The notes under the pieces: generated by a model
What the model saw: only the letters and a program-made list of their open reading frames with translations
The model's database searches: none
What the model was told of the DNA's origin: nothing
In this document: positions 20,534 to 31,050 of the stretch, in pieces
Position numbering within the stretch: the first letter of the stretch is position 1
How the letters are laid out: the number at the start of each line of letters is the position of its first letter
Assembly: GCA_050287845.1 (NCBI GenBank)
Contig: JBNKCR010000055.1
Location: 160,001-224,000 of the forward strand
Source of the DNA: Polyangia bacterium
GTDB taxonomy: Bacteria > Myxococcota_A > Polyangia > JAAYKL01
Reading direction: 5' to 3'
Length of the DNA stretch: 64,000 nt
Position numbers and translations under genes: made by a program

Positions 20534-21833
20534 TCAGCATATCTTCACGTCGTTGTGCGCGCTCGAGATCCTGTGGCACAATGGCAATCACATTGTTGTT
20601 GTCATCAAACAACTTGCCAACGCCAACATCGGTGGCCCACTTGGCGTGTTTGTTGGTCTGTTTCGCTTTGGTTCCCGGAGACAACTCGTCGCAATAGCTG
20701 CAGTTGGACGGACAGGTGATCTCCTTATGTGGTGGTTCACTGTACAGACAGATTACACCTTCGTAGTTTCTGAGAACCACCTTCCGGGTACCCATGGATA
20801 TGAGATACTGGGGTGTCAGTGGAATCTTTCCACCACCACCGGGGGCATCCACCACGTATGTCGGGACCGCGAATCCGCTGGTATGGCCGATGAGCATCTC
20901 CATGATTTCAATTCCCTTCGACACCGAAGTCCGGAAATGTTCGATGCCCCTGGACAAATCACACTGGTACATGTAGTACGGGCGGACTCTGTTTTCCACA
21001 AGGCGATGAACCAGGTTCTGCACGATGAGCGGACAATCGTTCACGTCTCGGAGCAACACATTCTGATTGCCGAGAGGAATGCCCGCATCGGCCAGCTTTC
21101 GCAGCGCTTCACGACTCTCGGGCGTAATTTCGCGGGGATGATTGAAATGGGTGTTGACCCAGATGGGTTGATGTTTTTTCAACATGGTAATCAGTTCGTC
21201 ATCAATGCGCTGGGGCAATACAACCGGTGTGCGGGTGCCGATGCGAACGACTTCCACGTGATCAATGGCATTCAGCTCGGTGAGAATCCAGTCGAGTCTT
21301 TTGGTGGAAAGCAGAAACGGGTCTCCACCGGAAATGAGCACATCACGTACCTCGGGAGTGTCCCGTATATATTGAATGGCAGTTTTCAGCTCATCTTTCG
21401 ATGGGGATTGCTGTTTGTCTCCCACTGAGCGCTTGCGGGTACAATGTCTGCAGAACATGGCGCACATCTGCGAAACCAGCAGCAACACCCGGTCCGGGTA
21501 ACGGTGCGTAATGCCGGGTACCGGACTGTCGTGGTCCTCGGCCAGGGGATCTTCAATATCTTCATTGGCAATCATTGTCTCCTGGATGGTTGGCACCGAC
21601 TGGAGACGAATGGGACATCGTGGATTGTTCGGATCCATGAGGGATGCATAATACGGCGTGATTGCCATGGGAAACAGTTGAGACGCCTTGCGGATCTCTG
21701 ATACCTGCGCATCTGTGAGCGGCAGTATTTCTCTGAGCTGATCCGGATCTGTAATCAGATTTTTCAATTGTGTTTGCCAGTCGGCATCCGCCAGCTCCGT
21801 CAGGGATGTATTTTTCGTTTGGGTCTGATACAT
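20505..21833 (-). CDS. ablA: lysine 2,3-aminomutase (radical SAM/PLP)
   Basis: THRYPDRVL, CAMFCRHC, DVLISGGDP, VDAPGGGGKIP (PLP Lys), C-terminal CxxxCxxC; AGGAG RBS before ATG 21833. Confidence 0.93.
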   Translation of the reverse strand: MYQTQTKNTSLTELADADWQTQLKNLITDPDQLREILPLTDAQVSEIRKASQLFPMAITPYYASLMDPNNPRCPIRLQSVPTIQETMIANEDIEDPLAEDHDSPVPGITHRYPDRVLLLVSQMCAMFCRHCTRKRSVGDKQQSPSKDELKTAIQYIRDTPEVRDVLISGGDPFLLSTKRLDWILTELNAIDHVEVVRIGTRTPVVLPQRIDDELITMLKKHQPIWVNTHFNHPREITPESREALRKLADAGIPLGNQNVLLRDVNDCPLIVQNLVHRLVENRVRPYYMYQCDLSRGIEHFRTSVSKGIEIMEMLIGHTSGFAVPTYVVDAPGGGGKIPLTPQYLISMGTRKVVLRNYEGVICLYSEPPHKEITCPSNCSYCDELSPGTKAKQTNKHAKWATDVGVGKLFDDNNNVIAIVPQDLERAQRREDMLSDSEDDNGD

Positions 21834-21859
21834 TTTTCTCCTAAATTTTTGTGTCTTTA

Positions 21860-21877
21860 TATTTTGTACACTAAATT
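21860..21877 (-). promoter_or_regulatory. candidate EctR-type operator upstream of ablA
   Basis: Pseudopalindrome AATTTAGT-GT-ACAAAATA, 26 bp before the start codon and overlapping a TGCTAAAAT extended -10-like element. Confidence 0.6.
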
Positions 21878-22115
21878 TTAGCATGCTTTTTGACACAATA
21901 CTCAGCCGCTGTCCAGACCTTTTGCCTGAATGCTGCGGCATGGCTCCGGGGCGCACGGTGATATCGCCAACGTTGATTTCACTTAAATCGGTTTTGAATT
22001 TAATTGGATCAAAAATTTCTGATTCGAAAAATTGTGTGTTTTCAGGTTATTATTGTGGGGTGAATCGTAAAAATGGAAGAGATGGCCAACTGAGTTGTCA
22101 TGGAGGGGATGCGTT

Positions 22116-25100
22116 TTGGACGACCAAACGACGATTAACGGACGCTATCGGATCATCGGCGCTCTCGGCACTGGCGCTCAGGGAACGGTGTATGCGGTGG
22201 AGGATATACTCGCCAATAAGCGCTGTGCACTGAAACTTTGTGGTGCCCACGGGTCAGGGGCTCTTGAAACTGAATTTTTTCATCTGCTTGATTTAAGCCA
22301 TCCCAACCTCGCGCATGTGTACGATTATCAGCGAATTCATGATGTGCATCCGGGCAGTGACCTGAAAAAAGGGCAGGTGTTCTTTACTGAAGAGTTGATT
22401 GATGGGGTTCATGTCACCGACTATGTGCGGGGCTTGTCTGAACCCCGACGTCTGGCGGCCGCTGCTCAGATAGGCATTGGCGTTGCACGGGCATTGCGGA
22501 TGTTGCACTCCCGGGGCATGTTGCACCTTGATGTGAAGCCATCCAACATCATCGTGGAGCCGTCGGGAATCCCGCGTCTCATCGATTTGGGACTGGCCAG
22601 GTTGAAGAGCAATGCGATTGGGGTGAAGTCCGGAACGCCGGGATATGTGCCACCTGAGATTTTTGAAGGTATTGCCGGTGAAGGTACGGATGTATTCGCG
22701 CTGGGGCGAGTGCTGATTCAGCTCCTCAGTCTGACCCCGCCTCCCCTGGGAATCGATGAAACGCCGCAGATTCCCGGGTTCGTCCCGGATAAACTGAGGA
22801 CGGCGCTTCTGCGCATGACCCACAGCTCTCTGGCGCAACGCTATAGCGCCAGAGAAACTGTTCTGGCAATCCAGAAATGTGGTTTATCCGGTATTGAGCC
22901 GCACGATCATTATCTGGATGACAGCAGTGAGGCCGAAGACCCGTTGAGTCGTTTCGCGGTGGCCCGATCCACAAAATTTGTGGGCAGAGATATCCAGCGC
23001 GACGAGCTGTCTCAGCTGCTGATCCGAACATTCGCACAGCCCGGAATGCTGCTGTGCGTGGTCTCCGGTCCGGTTGGTGTTGGAAAAACGCGACTCATCC
23101 GGAAAGTGGTCGCATCGAGACAGGTATTTCACGCACAGGCGCAACAGGCGTCCATCACCTTTGTTTCAGGCAGCCTCGAACGGGTTTCCCGGATGGTTCT
23201 TGGCGATATGGATGGTCTGGTCCCTGATGCGAATGGGATTGCCACGGCGGATCGCGCCGGTTTGCCGGGGCAGCGTCCCCCCTCGGGACATGTGAGTGAA
23301 AACCGTATGGGCGCGCTGCTGGCGTCGCTGGCAAATCACGGGCAACCCATTGTGGTGGTGGTGGAAGACGCCACTGCTTCCCAGATTGTGATTGCCAATA
23401 ATGTGCTTCAGTCCCGGGCATTTACACCGCCATTCGGATGCGTGTTGATTTTTGAACATGGCGATGTGGGCTTTTCGCGCGAATTTGCGGACATTGCCCC
23501 TGTGATTCATCTGGATCCGCTCTCCGTGGCGGAAGAGCATCAGATGGTAACCGGAATCACTGGCGTGGCACTGACAACGCCGCAGATGGAACAGTTTCAT
23601 CGGATTACCGGGGGAAATCCGCGATTTTCCGAAGCACTGGTAGAGCAATTCTTTTTTGCCCAGAATGCATACCAGCTGGGCAATGCGCCGACGATGTCGG
23701 AAATTGCGACCGCACCGGGGCAACTGGTCGCAGCCAGACTGCTGGCCGATGCGACTCGGGTACAAAAAAAAATTCTGTATCTGTTTTCGATTGCCACGAC
23801 GCCGTTGTATGTCGATGAAATTCAGAAGGCCGCTTCTCTGGATGACGGGCAGACATGGCAGCGGTTTCTCACCCAACTGGCCGATGCGGGATATGTGCAT
23901 ACCGATTCTGGACGGACGTCGCTGATTTCGTATGTGGCGGAAGGTATCCGGGCTTCGATGGATGACAGTCGGAGAAGGGAGTACCACCACCTTCTTTTTA
24001 AGATTATGCGCGAAGATCGGGTGCCGGGGGAACGCGGGCGCCATGCCTTCCATGCCGGACTGCTTACCACGGCACGTCAATTTCTGCGCGAAGCCGCGGA
24101 AGTGGCGATGGCGTCCGGGGATATTGGATTGGCCATCAATTACCTTGAAATGCTGAATCAATGTGAACAGGTATCTCCAATTGAATGGCGGATCCAATTG
24201 GCGGTGTGTTATCGCAGGGCAGGGCGCTATTCCCGGGCGTTGCGCGTGTTGAATGAGATTCTGGAAACGTCCCCCACCGACAAAGTGCTGTTTGAGAAAG
24301 CCGCCGCCCTTCGGCTCATTGGCAGTGTGGCGGATGCAAGGGAATTGCTTCTATCGCTCAAGAATAGCGCCCTGGACGAAATTCGCGCTGCCTCGTTGGC
24401 GCTGCTGGCCAGGATTCATCTGGATTTGGGTGAAATCGATCATGGGCTCCAACTCGTCCAGGAGGTGGTGTTGCCCGATGCAGCGGCCCATGACAGTGGA
24501 TTGCTGAACATTCAGGGATTGCTCTGGCTCACGGTTGGACAGGTGGAGAAGGCGGAAAATACATTTTTAAAGGGACTGGCAGTGGCCAGGGAACGCAATT
24601 CCTCGGAGGAGGGGAGGTACCATGCGTATCTGGGAATGGTCGCTCATACCAGAAAGAATTGGCAGGATGCAGCGGAGCGATATGCGACCGCATTTCGCCT
24701 GTCCGACGAGTTCGGGGACAGTCATGGCGCGGCCACCAGTGCGGTGAACTGGGCAGCAGCACTGACCGAGCTGGGCGATTTCTCCAACGCCCTTATTCGC
24801 TATCGCAATGGGTTGGCGAGACTTCGTCTGGTCGGCAGGCCCGCAGAGCTGGTGCAGTCCGAAGCCAATTATGCACAACTGTTGCTGCGGCTCGGAGATG
24901 CCAGAGGGGCGTTGGACGTTGCGCAGAAGGCACTTTCAGATATCGATACAGAGCAGAGCCCGCTGGTTCGTGGTCATGTGTTGCTGGTGCTGGGGGAATC
25001 GCTGAATGCGGCGGGAAGCAGTGCGGATGCCGTGCCGATTCTGAACGAAGCGGACGGTGTATTTATCCAGATGAATCAGCAGCACCGTCGAGATTTGTGT

Positions 25101-27110
25101 CAGTTGCAGTTGGCGACTGCGCGGTTGCATGAAGGCGATGCCAGTGAAGCCGCAAAACGACTCGATGGAATATGCGACGCGATTGTGGTGGATTCTTTGC
25201 CGTACCATATGCTTCGCGTACTTGTCGCCATGGCCAAAGAAGGCAATATCAACGCTTCCCTTGTGTCGCTGGAGACACAGCTGAGGGGCAAGCCGGACAC
25301 GTTGAACCTGGAATACTACGAGGGGGCGGCCATTTTCGCGATGGGGTTGTACCGGATTGGCGACACGGCAAAATGCGCGGATTGGATACGCAATGCGTTG
25401 GCGCTGCTGGACGATTTCCGACGCCAGACGCCGGCATTGCACCAGCCCGTAACGTATCCCCACGAATTTTCGCTTAAAACGCTGCAGGCTCGTATTGCGA
25501 TGACCGCGGGAGAATCGAACGCGGACGGCTTAGAGGGAGTGAATATGAAACAGATGTTGATGGAACGGTTGATTCGCATTGCGGCCAGATTGAATTCTGA
25601 GCTGAACCTCGATGCGCAACTGGATATTATCATGGACGCCGCCGTTGATGTGACCGGCGCCGAGCGGGGCTTTCTGCTCATCCGTGACGACAACGGCGCA
25701 TTCGTTATCCGTTCTGCGCGAAATATGGATGCGGAGGCATTGCTGAAAGAGGAACAGCATTATTCCGGCAACATCGCGCAACGGGCGTTTGAGACTGGCG
25801 AACCGATTGTCACCACCAATGCCCAGGAGGATGAGCGGTACAGGGATTATCGAAGTGTGGCCATGCTCAATCTGATGTACATCGTTGCGATACCACTGCT
25901 GGAAAAAGGCAAGGCCCAGGGCACCATTTATCTGGACAGCACCAGCAGGGGGCATTTTGACGGGGAACGAATTGAAATTTTAAAAATGCTGGCCAATCAG
26001 GCGGCCATCGCAATGACCAACGCCAGGCTGATGGCCCATGTTCAACGGAGCAATGCCCAGGTAGAGAAATTGAACCGAAAACTGGAGAACCGGCTTGAGT
26101 CAACGGAACGGGAACTGGCGCAGACCAAACAGGACTTGCGGGAAATCAACGAAAGCCTGGCGACCCGCTACAGCTATCATGGCATGATCGGCACCTCCAA
26201 ACCCATGAAGGAGATGTTCCGGGTTCTTGACAGAATCGCGGCAACAGATATTCCGGTGGTGATCAGTGGGGAATCCGGAACGGGCAAAGAATTGGTTGCC
26301 CGGGCCATTCATCGGGCGGGAATTCGACGGGAAAAGCCGTTTGTGGCTGAAAACTGCGCGGCGATTCCGGCAGCGCTGCTCGAAAGTATTCTTTTCGGTC
26401 ACGTGCGCGGCGCTTTCACCGGGGCGGTCCGGACGCGAAGCGGGTTGTTTGTGGAAGCCCATGGGGGGACCCTTTTCCTGGACGAAATCGCCGACATGCC
26501 CATGGAGATGCAGGCAAAGCTGTTGCGGGTTCTTCAGAATGGTGAAGTTCGGCCCGTGGGCCAGAACCAATCTATCCGCGTCGATGTGCGTATTCTGGTG
26601 GCATCAAATGCGGACTTGAAAAAGCGCGTTCAGCAGGGCACTTTTCGTGAGGATTTGTTTTACCGTCTGAATGTGATGGATATGAAATTACCACCACTTC
26701 GCGAACGCATTGAGGATGTGCCCATTCTGGCGAGATTTTTTGTGCGGAAACACGCTCCCGACAGAGACATTGCCATTTCGGCCGATACCATGGCTCAGCT
26801 GATGCGATACAGCTGGCCCGGCAATGTCCGTCAGCTCGAAAACGAAATCATCCGCGCCACAGTGATGTGCGGCGACACAATGGACATCGAACACTTCAGT
26901 GAATCCGTGCATCAACTGCCTTCGGTGGACGCAGACGGCGGTGATGCAGATGACTTGCATCTGGAGCGCCATGTGAATCAGTTGAAAATCCGGCTGGTTC
27001 GAAGTGCGTTGCAGCAGAGTGGTGGCAACCGGAGCCGGGCGGCAGAGTTATTGGGCGTTTCCCGGTTTGGGCTTCAGAAGATGATGGCGCGTCTGGAGAT
27101 TGAAGTGTAG
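22116..27110 (+). CDS. Ser/Thr kinase-NTPase-TPR-GAF-sigma54 activator fusion
   Basis: Kinase ([20 protein letters not shown]), P-loop GPVGVGKT, TPRs, GAF, coiled coil, [22 protein letters not shown]; likely start TTG 22116 after GGAGGGG. Confidence 0.92.
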   Translation: MDDQTTINGRYRIIGALGTGAQGTVYAVEDILANKRCALKLCGAHGSGALETEFFHLLDLSHPNLAHVYDYQRIHDVHPGSDLKKGQVFFTEELIDGVHVTDYVRGLSEPRRLAAAAQIGIGVARALRMLHSRGMLHLDVKPSNIIVEPSGIPRLIDLGLARLKSNAIGVKSGTPGYVPPEIFEGIAGEGTDVFALGRVLIQLLSLTPPPLGIDETPQIPGFVPDKLRTALLRMTHSSLAQRYSARETVLAIQKCGLSGIEPHDHYLDDSSEAEDPLSRFAVARSTKFVGRDIQRDELSQLLIRTFAQPGMLLCVVSGPVGVGKTRLIRKVVASRQVFHAQAQQASITFVSGSLERVSRMVLGDMDGLVPDANGIATADRAGLPGQRPPSGHVSENRMGALLASLANHGQPIVVVVEDATASQIVIANNVLQSRAFTPPFGCVLIFEHGDVGFSREFADIAPVIHLDPLSVAEEHQMVTGITGVALTTPQMEQFHRITGGNPRFSEALVEQFFFAQNAYQLGNAPTMSEIATAPGQLVAARLLADATRVQKKILYLFSIATTPLYVDEIQKAASLDDGQTWQRFLTQLADAGYVHTDSGRTSLISYVAEGIRASMDDSRRREYHHLLFKIMREDRVPGERGRHAFHAGLLTTARQFLREAAEVAMASGDIGLAINYLEMLNQCEQVSPIEWRIQLAVCYRRAGRYSRALRVLNEILETSPTDKVLFEKAAALRLIGSVADARELLLSLKNSALDEIRAASLALLARIHLDLGEIDHGLQLVQEVVLPDAAAHDSGLLNIQGLLWLTVGQVEKAENTFLKGLAVARERNSSEEGRYHAYLGMVAHTRKNWQDAAERYATAFRLSDEFGDSHGAATSAVNWAAALTELGDFSNALIRYRNGLARLRLVGRPAELVQSEANYAQLLLRLGDARGALDVAQKALSDIDTEQSPLVRGHVLLVLGESLNAAGSSADAVPILNEADGVFIQMNQQHRRDLCQLQLATARLHEGDASEAAKRLDGICDAIVVDSLPYHMLRVLVAMAKEGNINASLVSLETQLRGKPDTLNLEYYEGAAIFAMGLYRIGDTAKCADWIRNALALLDDFRRQTPALHQPVTYPHEFSLKTLQARIAMTAGESNADGLEGVNMKQMLMERLIRIAARLNSELNLDAQLDIIMDAAVDVTGAERGFLLIRDDNGAFVIRSARNMDAEALLKEEQHYSGNIAQRAFETGEPIVTTNAQEDERYRDYRSVAMLNLMYIVAIPLLEKGKAQGTIYLDSTSRGHFDGERIEILKMLANQAAIAMTNARLMAHVQRSNAQVEKLNRKLENRLESTERELAQTKQDLREINESLATRYSYHGMIGTSKPMKEMFRVLDRIAATDIPVVISGESGTGKELVARAIHRAGIRREKPFVAENCAAIPAALLESILFGHVRGAFTGAVRTRSGLFVEAHGGTLFLDEIADMPMEMQAKLLRVLQNGEVRPVGQNQSIRVDVRILVASNADLKKRVQQGTFREDLFYRLNVMDMKLPPLRERIEDVPILARFFVRKHAPDRDIAISADTMAQLMRYSWPGNVRQLENEIIRATVMCGDTMDIEHFSESVHQLPSVDADGGDADDLHLERHVNQLKIRLVRSALQQSGGNRSRAAELLGVSRFGLQKMMARLEIEV

Positions 27111-27214
27111 CCCTGTGCCGTCCCGCGCCAGTGCATCAACGGAAACAGTGATTCTGGTCCGCAGCGTTCCGGGTATACAGCGATAGGAATATGTGAAAGA
27201 AAGCGAGTGTGGGG

Positions 27215-27928
27215 TTATTCTGCGTCAGCAGCAGGAGCAGCAGCGGGGGCGGCTGCAGCCGGTTTTGCTTCGACGGCAGGTGCGGGCGGCGCGGCGGGTT
27301 TTTCTTCCGCGTCATCTGCAGTTGTGGCCGGTGCGGGTTTTTTGGCCGGTTTCTTTGCTACCTGTTTTTTCACCGCAGGTTTGGCCGGTGTCGCGGGTGC
27401 TTCCGCTTCTTCGGCTTCGTCAGCCTCCGCTTCATCGTCAGCATCTGCAGCGGCTTCGCTATCAGCGGCCGCTTCATCGTCGGCTTCCTCGGCTGTGCTA
27501 TCGCCATTTTCCTCGGCTGCACTGTCCGTCGCTTCGGCCGTTTCATCAGCTGCATCGGCAGGTGCGTCGGCTGCTTTGGCATCATCAGCGCTTTCATCGT
27601 CCGTTTTGCTTTCGGTCGTTCCGAATTCTTTGGCAATATCGATTTCCTTGCCACTGGCGTCCATCTCCATCAGGCTGGCTTTCTTTTCAAGACCAGAAGA
27701 TTTGGATGAGGATGTCCACGCCAGAACAATCGACGAAACCATAAATAATGCCGCTACGATTCCAGTCAGTTTTCCAATGAAGGAACCTGCGCCTCTGGGA
27801 CCGAAAACGCTGGATCCGCTTCCCCCGAATGCCACTCCCATTCCGCCACCTTTGCCTGTTTGCAGCAGGATGACGAGAATCAGAAACAAACAGAAAATGA
27901 TATGTAAAGTTGTGAGTAAATAAATCAT
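27215..27928 (-). CDS. secG: preprotein translocase SecG with a long acidic Ala-rich tail
   Basis: ILLQTGKGGGMGVAFGG...SVFG and a second TM; downstream of tpiA. Confidence 0.9.
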   Translation of the reverse strand: MIYLLTTLHIIFCLFLILVILLQTGKGGGMGVAFGGSGSSVFGPRGAGSFIGKLTGIVAALFMVSSIVLAWTSSSKSSGLEKKASLMEMDASGKEIDIAKEFGTTESKTDDESADDAKAADAPADAADETAEATDSAAEENGDSTAEEADDEAAADSEAAADADDEAEADEAEEAEAPATPAKPAVKKQVAKKPAKKPAPATTADDAEEKPAAPPAPAVEAKPAAAAPAAAPAADAE

Positions 27929-28118
27929 GACGGGTCTTCTACATCTGGATAAATATCATTGTCAAGAAGTAGTTGCATAAATGTGCAAGTGTCATTCATG
28001 AGTGAAATAATATTTATTCAAGCCGAAAAATCCGCAGAATATGGGAGTGTCAATGGGGTCTGAAATGTCCCATATTCATTGGAATCGGTACCATGCGATT
28101 GGTTAAAAAACGTTATTT

Positions 28119-28871
28119 TTATGCGCCGGCGATAATTCCCAGGAATGAATCTGCCTTGAGTGCAGCTCCGCCAACCAGTGCGCCGTCCACATCGGGTTGC
28201 GCCAGCAAATCTTCGGCATTGTCCGGTTTCACGCTGCCACCGTACTGGATTCTCACTTTGTCGGCCGCTTCCTGATCAAACAGTCTGGCAACGAGATCGC
28301 GAATGAATTTGTGCGCAGACTGTGCCTGCTCAGTGGTGGCCACCTTTCCGGTGCCGATAGCCCATACCGGTTCGTAGGCGATGGTGACTTTTTCGAGCTG
28401 GGCTCTGGTGAGGCCCCTGATGCCGGCGACGGTCTGCTCTTCGAGAACTTTCTCCGTGGCGTTGGCTTCGCGTTCTTCGAGTTTTTCACCGACGCAAAGA
28501 ATTACTTCCAGACCTTCCGCCAGAAGTGCATCTAATTTTTTGCGAATGATTTCATCTGTTTCGCCGATGACATGACGTCTCTCCGAGTGACCGACCAACG
28601 CAAATTCAACACCAGCATCTTTCAACATCGCAGTTGAAATTTCGCCAGTAAATGCACCGTTTTTCTCGAAATACACATCCTGCGCACCCAAACGTACGGG
28701 TGTGCCGGCAACCACTTCTTTCACCGCGCCAATGGCGAGGAATTGCGGAACGACAGCCACATCGGCGTTGGCGTCGGCGGGCAGACCGGCCACAACACTT
28801 CTGGCCAGCTCTACGGCTTCTGCGATGGTACAATTCATTTTCCAGTTTCCTGCTACAAAAGCTTTACGCAT
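28119..28871 (-). CDS. tpiA: triosephosphate isomerase
   Basis: AGNWKMN, GHSERR, AYEPVWAIGTG, YGGSVKP, LVGGA all intact. Confidence 0.97.
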   Translation of the reverse strand: MRKAFVAGNWKMNCTIAEAVELARSVVAGLPADANADVAVVPQFLAIGAVKEVVAGTPVRLGAQDVYFEKNGAFTGEISTAMLKDAGVEFALVGHSERRHVIGETDEIIRKKLDALLAEGLEVILCVGEKLEEREANATEKVLEEQTVAGIRGLTRAQLEKVTIAYEPVWAIGTGKVATTEQAQSAHKFIRDLVARLFDQEAADKVRIQYGGSVKPDNAEDLLAQPDVDGALVGGAALKADSFLGIIAGA

Positions 28872-28933
28872 ATTCAGTACCTCATCTGTGTAAGTCCCTG
28901 CCCGCAATAATATCGGGAGAGGGAGCTGGAGTT

Positions 28934-30127
28934 TTATTTTTTTGACTGTGCGTTGCCCATGGCAACGAGCGTTGGTAACGTTTTTCCTTCGAGCATCCGG
29001 ATAGTGGCGTCTCCGCCGTCGGATATATGGTCGAATCCTTTTTCGAGTCCGATGCTGCGAATCGCGCGTGCCGTTTCTTTGCCAATGGAAATGCCATATG
29101 CGCTGGCGCCGGCAATGACCCGGGCAATGGACTGAGTACCGGCGTTGGCGTTCTGTTCCATGCCCAGATGCCCTTTCCAGATGATGGTTCCCGCTTTGCG
29201 GATCACCTGCTTCCAGCTTTCAATCGTCCGGCTGCCAATATCGTAGACGGTCAGATCTGACGGTACCTTTCCCGTACCGAATTCCTGCAGTGCTTCGGGA
29301 TCGTCGCCGGCGCACACGTCGGTGGGCAGAACCAGGTGAATGTTTTTCCGGGCAGTGCGTTCCAGCAGATCTCTGGCCAGGGGGAATCGCTTTTCTTCCA
29401 CAATGGACTTGCCGGTGCTGCCGCCGGTGGCCGCGGCAAAAGTGTTGGCCATCTGTCCGCCGAGCACAAGTGTGTCGATGCGGGGCAACATACTTTCGAT
29501 ATATTCGAGATTGTCAGCAATACGATCTCCGCCCACAATGGCCACAACCGGATGGGCGGGTTTATCGAGAAATTTGCGAAGCGCGCGCAGTTCCCGCGCA
29601 TATTGAATGCCCATCACCTTTATTCGGGCGTGCTTCAGGATACCATTGGTGGATGCCAGTACATATTCACTCAGGGAGAACGCATCATTCACATAAATAT
29701 CGCAATATGAAGCCAACTGTCTGGACAGCTTTTCATCGTTTCTGAATTCACCCGCATGAAACGCGAGATTCTCCAGCACGCAGATCTGTCCCTCCCGCAA
29801 TCCGGCAATCACACTTCCGGCAGCATCTCCAACGCACGAATCGGTCAGGAACACTTCGCCGATATGGGGCTGCGACGCCAGATTCGCAGCAATGGGTTCC
29901 AGGGACATTGTGGAAACCACTTTGCCATCGGGGTTGCCAAGATGGCTGGCCAGCACTACCCGTGCGCCGTTTTCCAGCAGATAATTAATTGTGGGCATGG
30001 CGACCTGGATCAGGCTGTCATCGACGATTTTCTGATTTTCCAGCGGAACGTCCAGATTTACGCGCACAAGTACTCGCCTGGCTTCGACTTCCAGATCTTT
30101 CAGTGACAGTATTTGATTTTGACTCAT
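28934..30127 (-). CDS. pgk: phosphoglycerate kinase homologue with degenerate active site
   Basis: Collinear with PGK over its full length (RRVLVRV, SHLG, LENL.FH, YVNDAF, GG.MANTF, VLPTD, DIG, LEGKTLP) but catalytic motifs are substituted. Confidence 0.85.
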   Translation of the reverse strand: MSQNQILSLKDLEVEARRVLVRVNLDVPLENQKIVDDSLIQVAMPTINYLLENGARVVLASHLGNPDGKVVSTMSLEPIAANLASQPHIGEVFLTDSCVGDAAGSVIAGLREGQICVLENLAFHAGEFRNDEKLSRQLASYCDIYVNDAFSLSEYVLASTNGILKHARIKVMGIQYARELRALRKFLDKPAHPVVAIVGGDRIADNLEYIESMLPRIDTLVLGGQMANTFAAATGGSTGKSIVEEKRFPLARDLLERTARKNIHLVLPTDVCAGDDPEALQEFGTGKVPSDLTVYDIGSRTIESWKQVIRKAGTIIWKGHLGMEQNANAGTQSIARVIAGASAYGISIGKETARAIRSIGLEKGFDHISDGGDATIRMLEGKTLPTLVAMGNAQSKK

Positions 30128-30316
30128 GTATGTTCCGGATGCGGCTTCGCCGTCTTAAAAACTTGAATAATAAATGTAAAACCCTTTTTTTCGCGGGAAC
30201 CATATGTTGGGAATGCAACATCCGTCAAGTAAAGAAAACATAATTACTTGATCACGGGATAGTCTTCGGAATAAGTAACGGATTTGTACAAGTTTAAAAC
30301 CACAGAGAGGTGATAC

Positions 30317-30964
30317 GTGAAGCAGAAAATTTTAATGTTCGCTGGTATTGCGGCATTGTTTGGATTATCGGCAGTCGGTTCATATTATTTTTTCTGGTCA
30401 GCGCCGGATTGGCGAAAGCAGACCGATACGGCGTCCATGGGCGTCGATCAGTACGGGCATCCCTGGATAGGAGCAGAAAAGCCCGAACTGACCATTCACG
30501 AATTTCTGGACTATGACTGCCCCCATTGTCCTGTCGCCCATCAGTATCTGCGGAAGGCGGTCGCCAGAGACCTGGATACCATCCGGATTGTCAGACATGA
30601 TTATGCGCGAATGGCGTGTATGTTTGAGTATGGTGATAAAGTAACCTACCGATGTCCGATGGTTCGGGCGGCCTACTGCGCATCCAAACATGTTCCCTAC
30701 TGGAAATGGAACGATGAAGTTGTGGCCAGTCCGAGGCATGAGACCGGAAAGGAACCCTCTGTTTATTTTAAGAAAATCCTCGAACGCCTGCAGATTCCCG
30801 AGAAAGAATTCACGGCCTGCCTGGATTCTGATGAATCTGGAAAATACGCTCAGAAACTGTACGAAGAAGCCCACGATGCAAAGATTAACTCAACCCCCAC
30901 CTATGTGGTGGATGGCAGGCGCATGAATCTCAAAGAGCTGCTGACCCTTCTGGACAACCGCTGA
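30317..30964 (+). CDS. membrane-anchored DsbA/thioredoxin-fold protein
   Basis: N-terminal TM, GHPWIGAEKPELTIHEFLDYDCPHC, cis-Pro motif NSTPT. Confidence 0.88.
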   Translation: MKQKILMFAGIAALFGLSAVGSYYFFWSAPDWRKQTDTASMGVDQYGHPWIGAEKPELTIHEFLDYDCPHCPVAHQYLRKAVARDLDTIRIVRHDYARMACMFEYGDKVTYRCPMVRAAYCASKHVPYWKWNDEVVASPRHETGKEPSVYFKKILERLQIPEKEFTACLDSDESGKYAQKLYEEAHDAKINSTPTYVVDGRRMNLKELLTLLDNR

Positions 30965-31050
30965 AGCGATAATTCCCCCGCGGATAAATGATGTGATTAT
31001 TGGATTGAACCTTTTGGTTTCCACACTTCTGTATTGATTAACATCCGTAA

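Noticed and set aside
20505..21833. Aminomutase as EF-P modifying EpmB or lysine-fermentation KamA
   Set aside because: It overlaps a beta-lysine acetyltransferase gene and there are no efp/epmA or kamDE neighbours, which favours AblA.
27193..27923. Ala/Ser-rich plus-strand ORFs
   Set aside because: Antisense shadows of the low-complexity secG tail.
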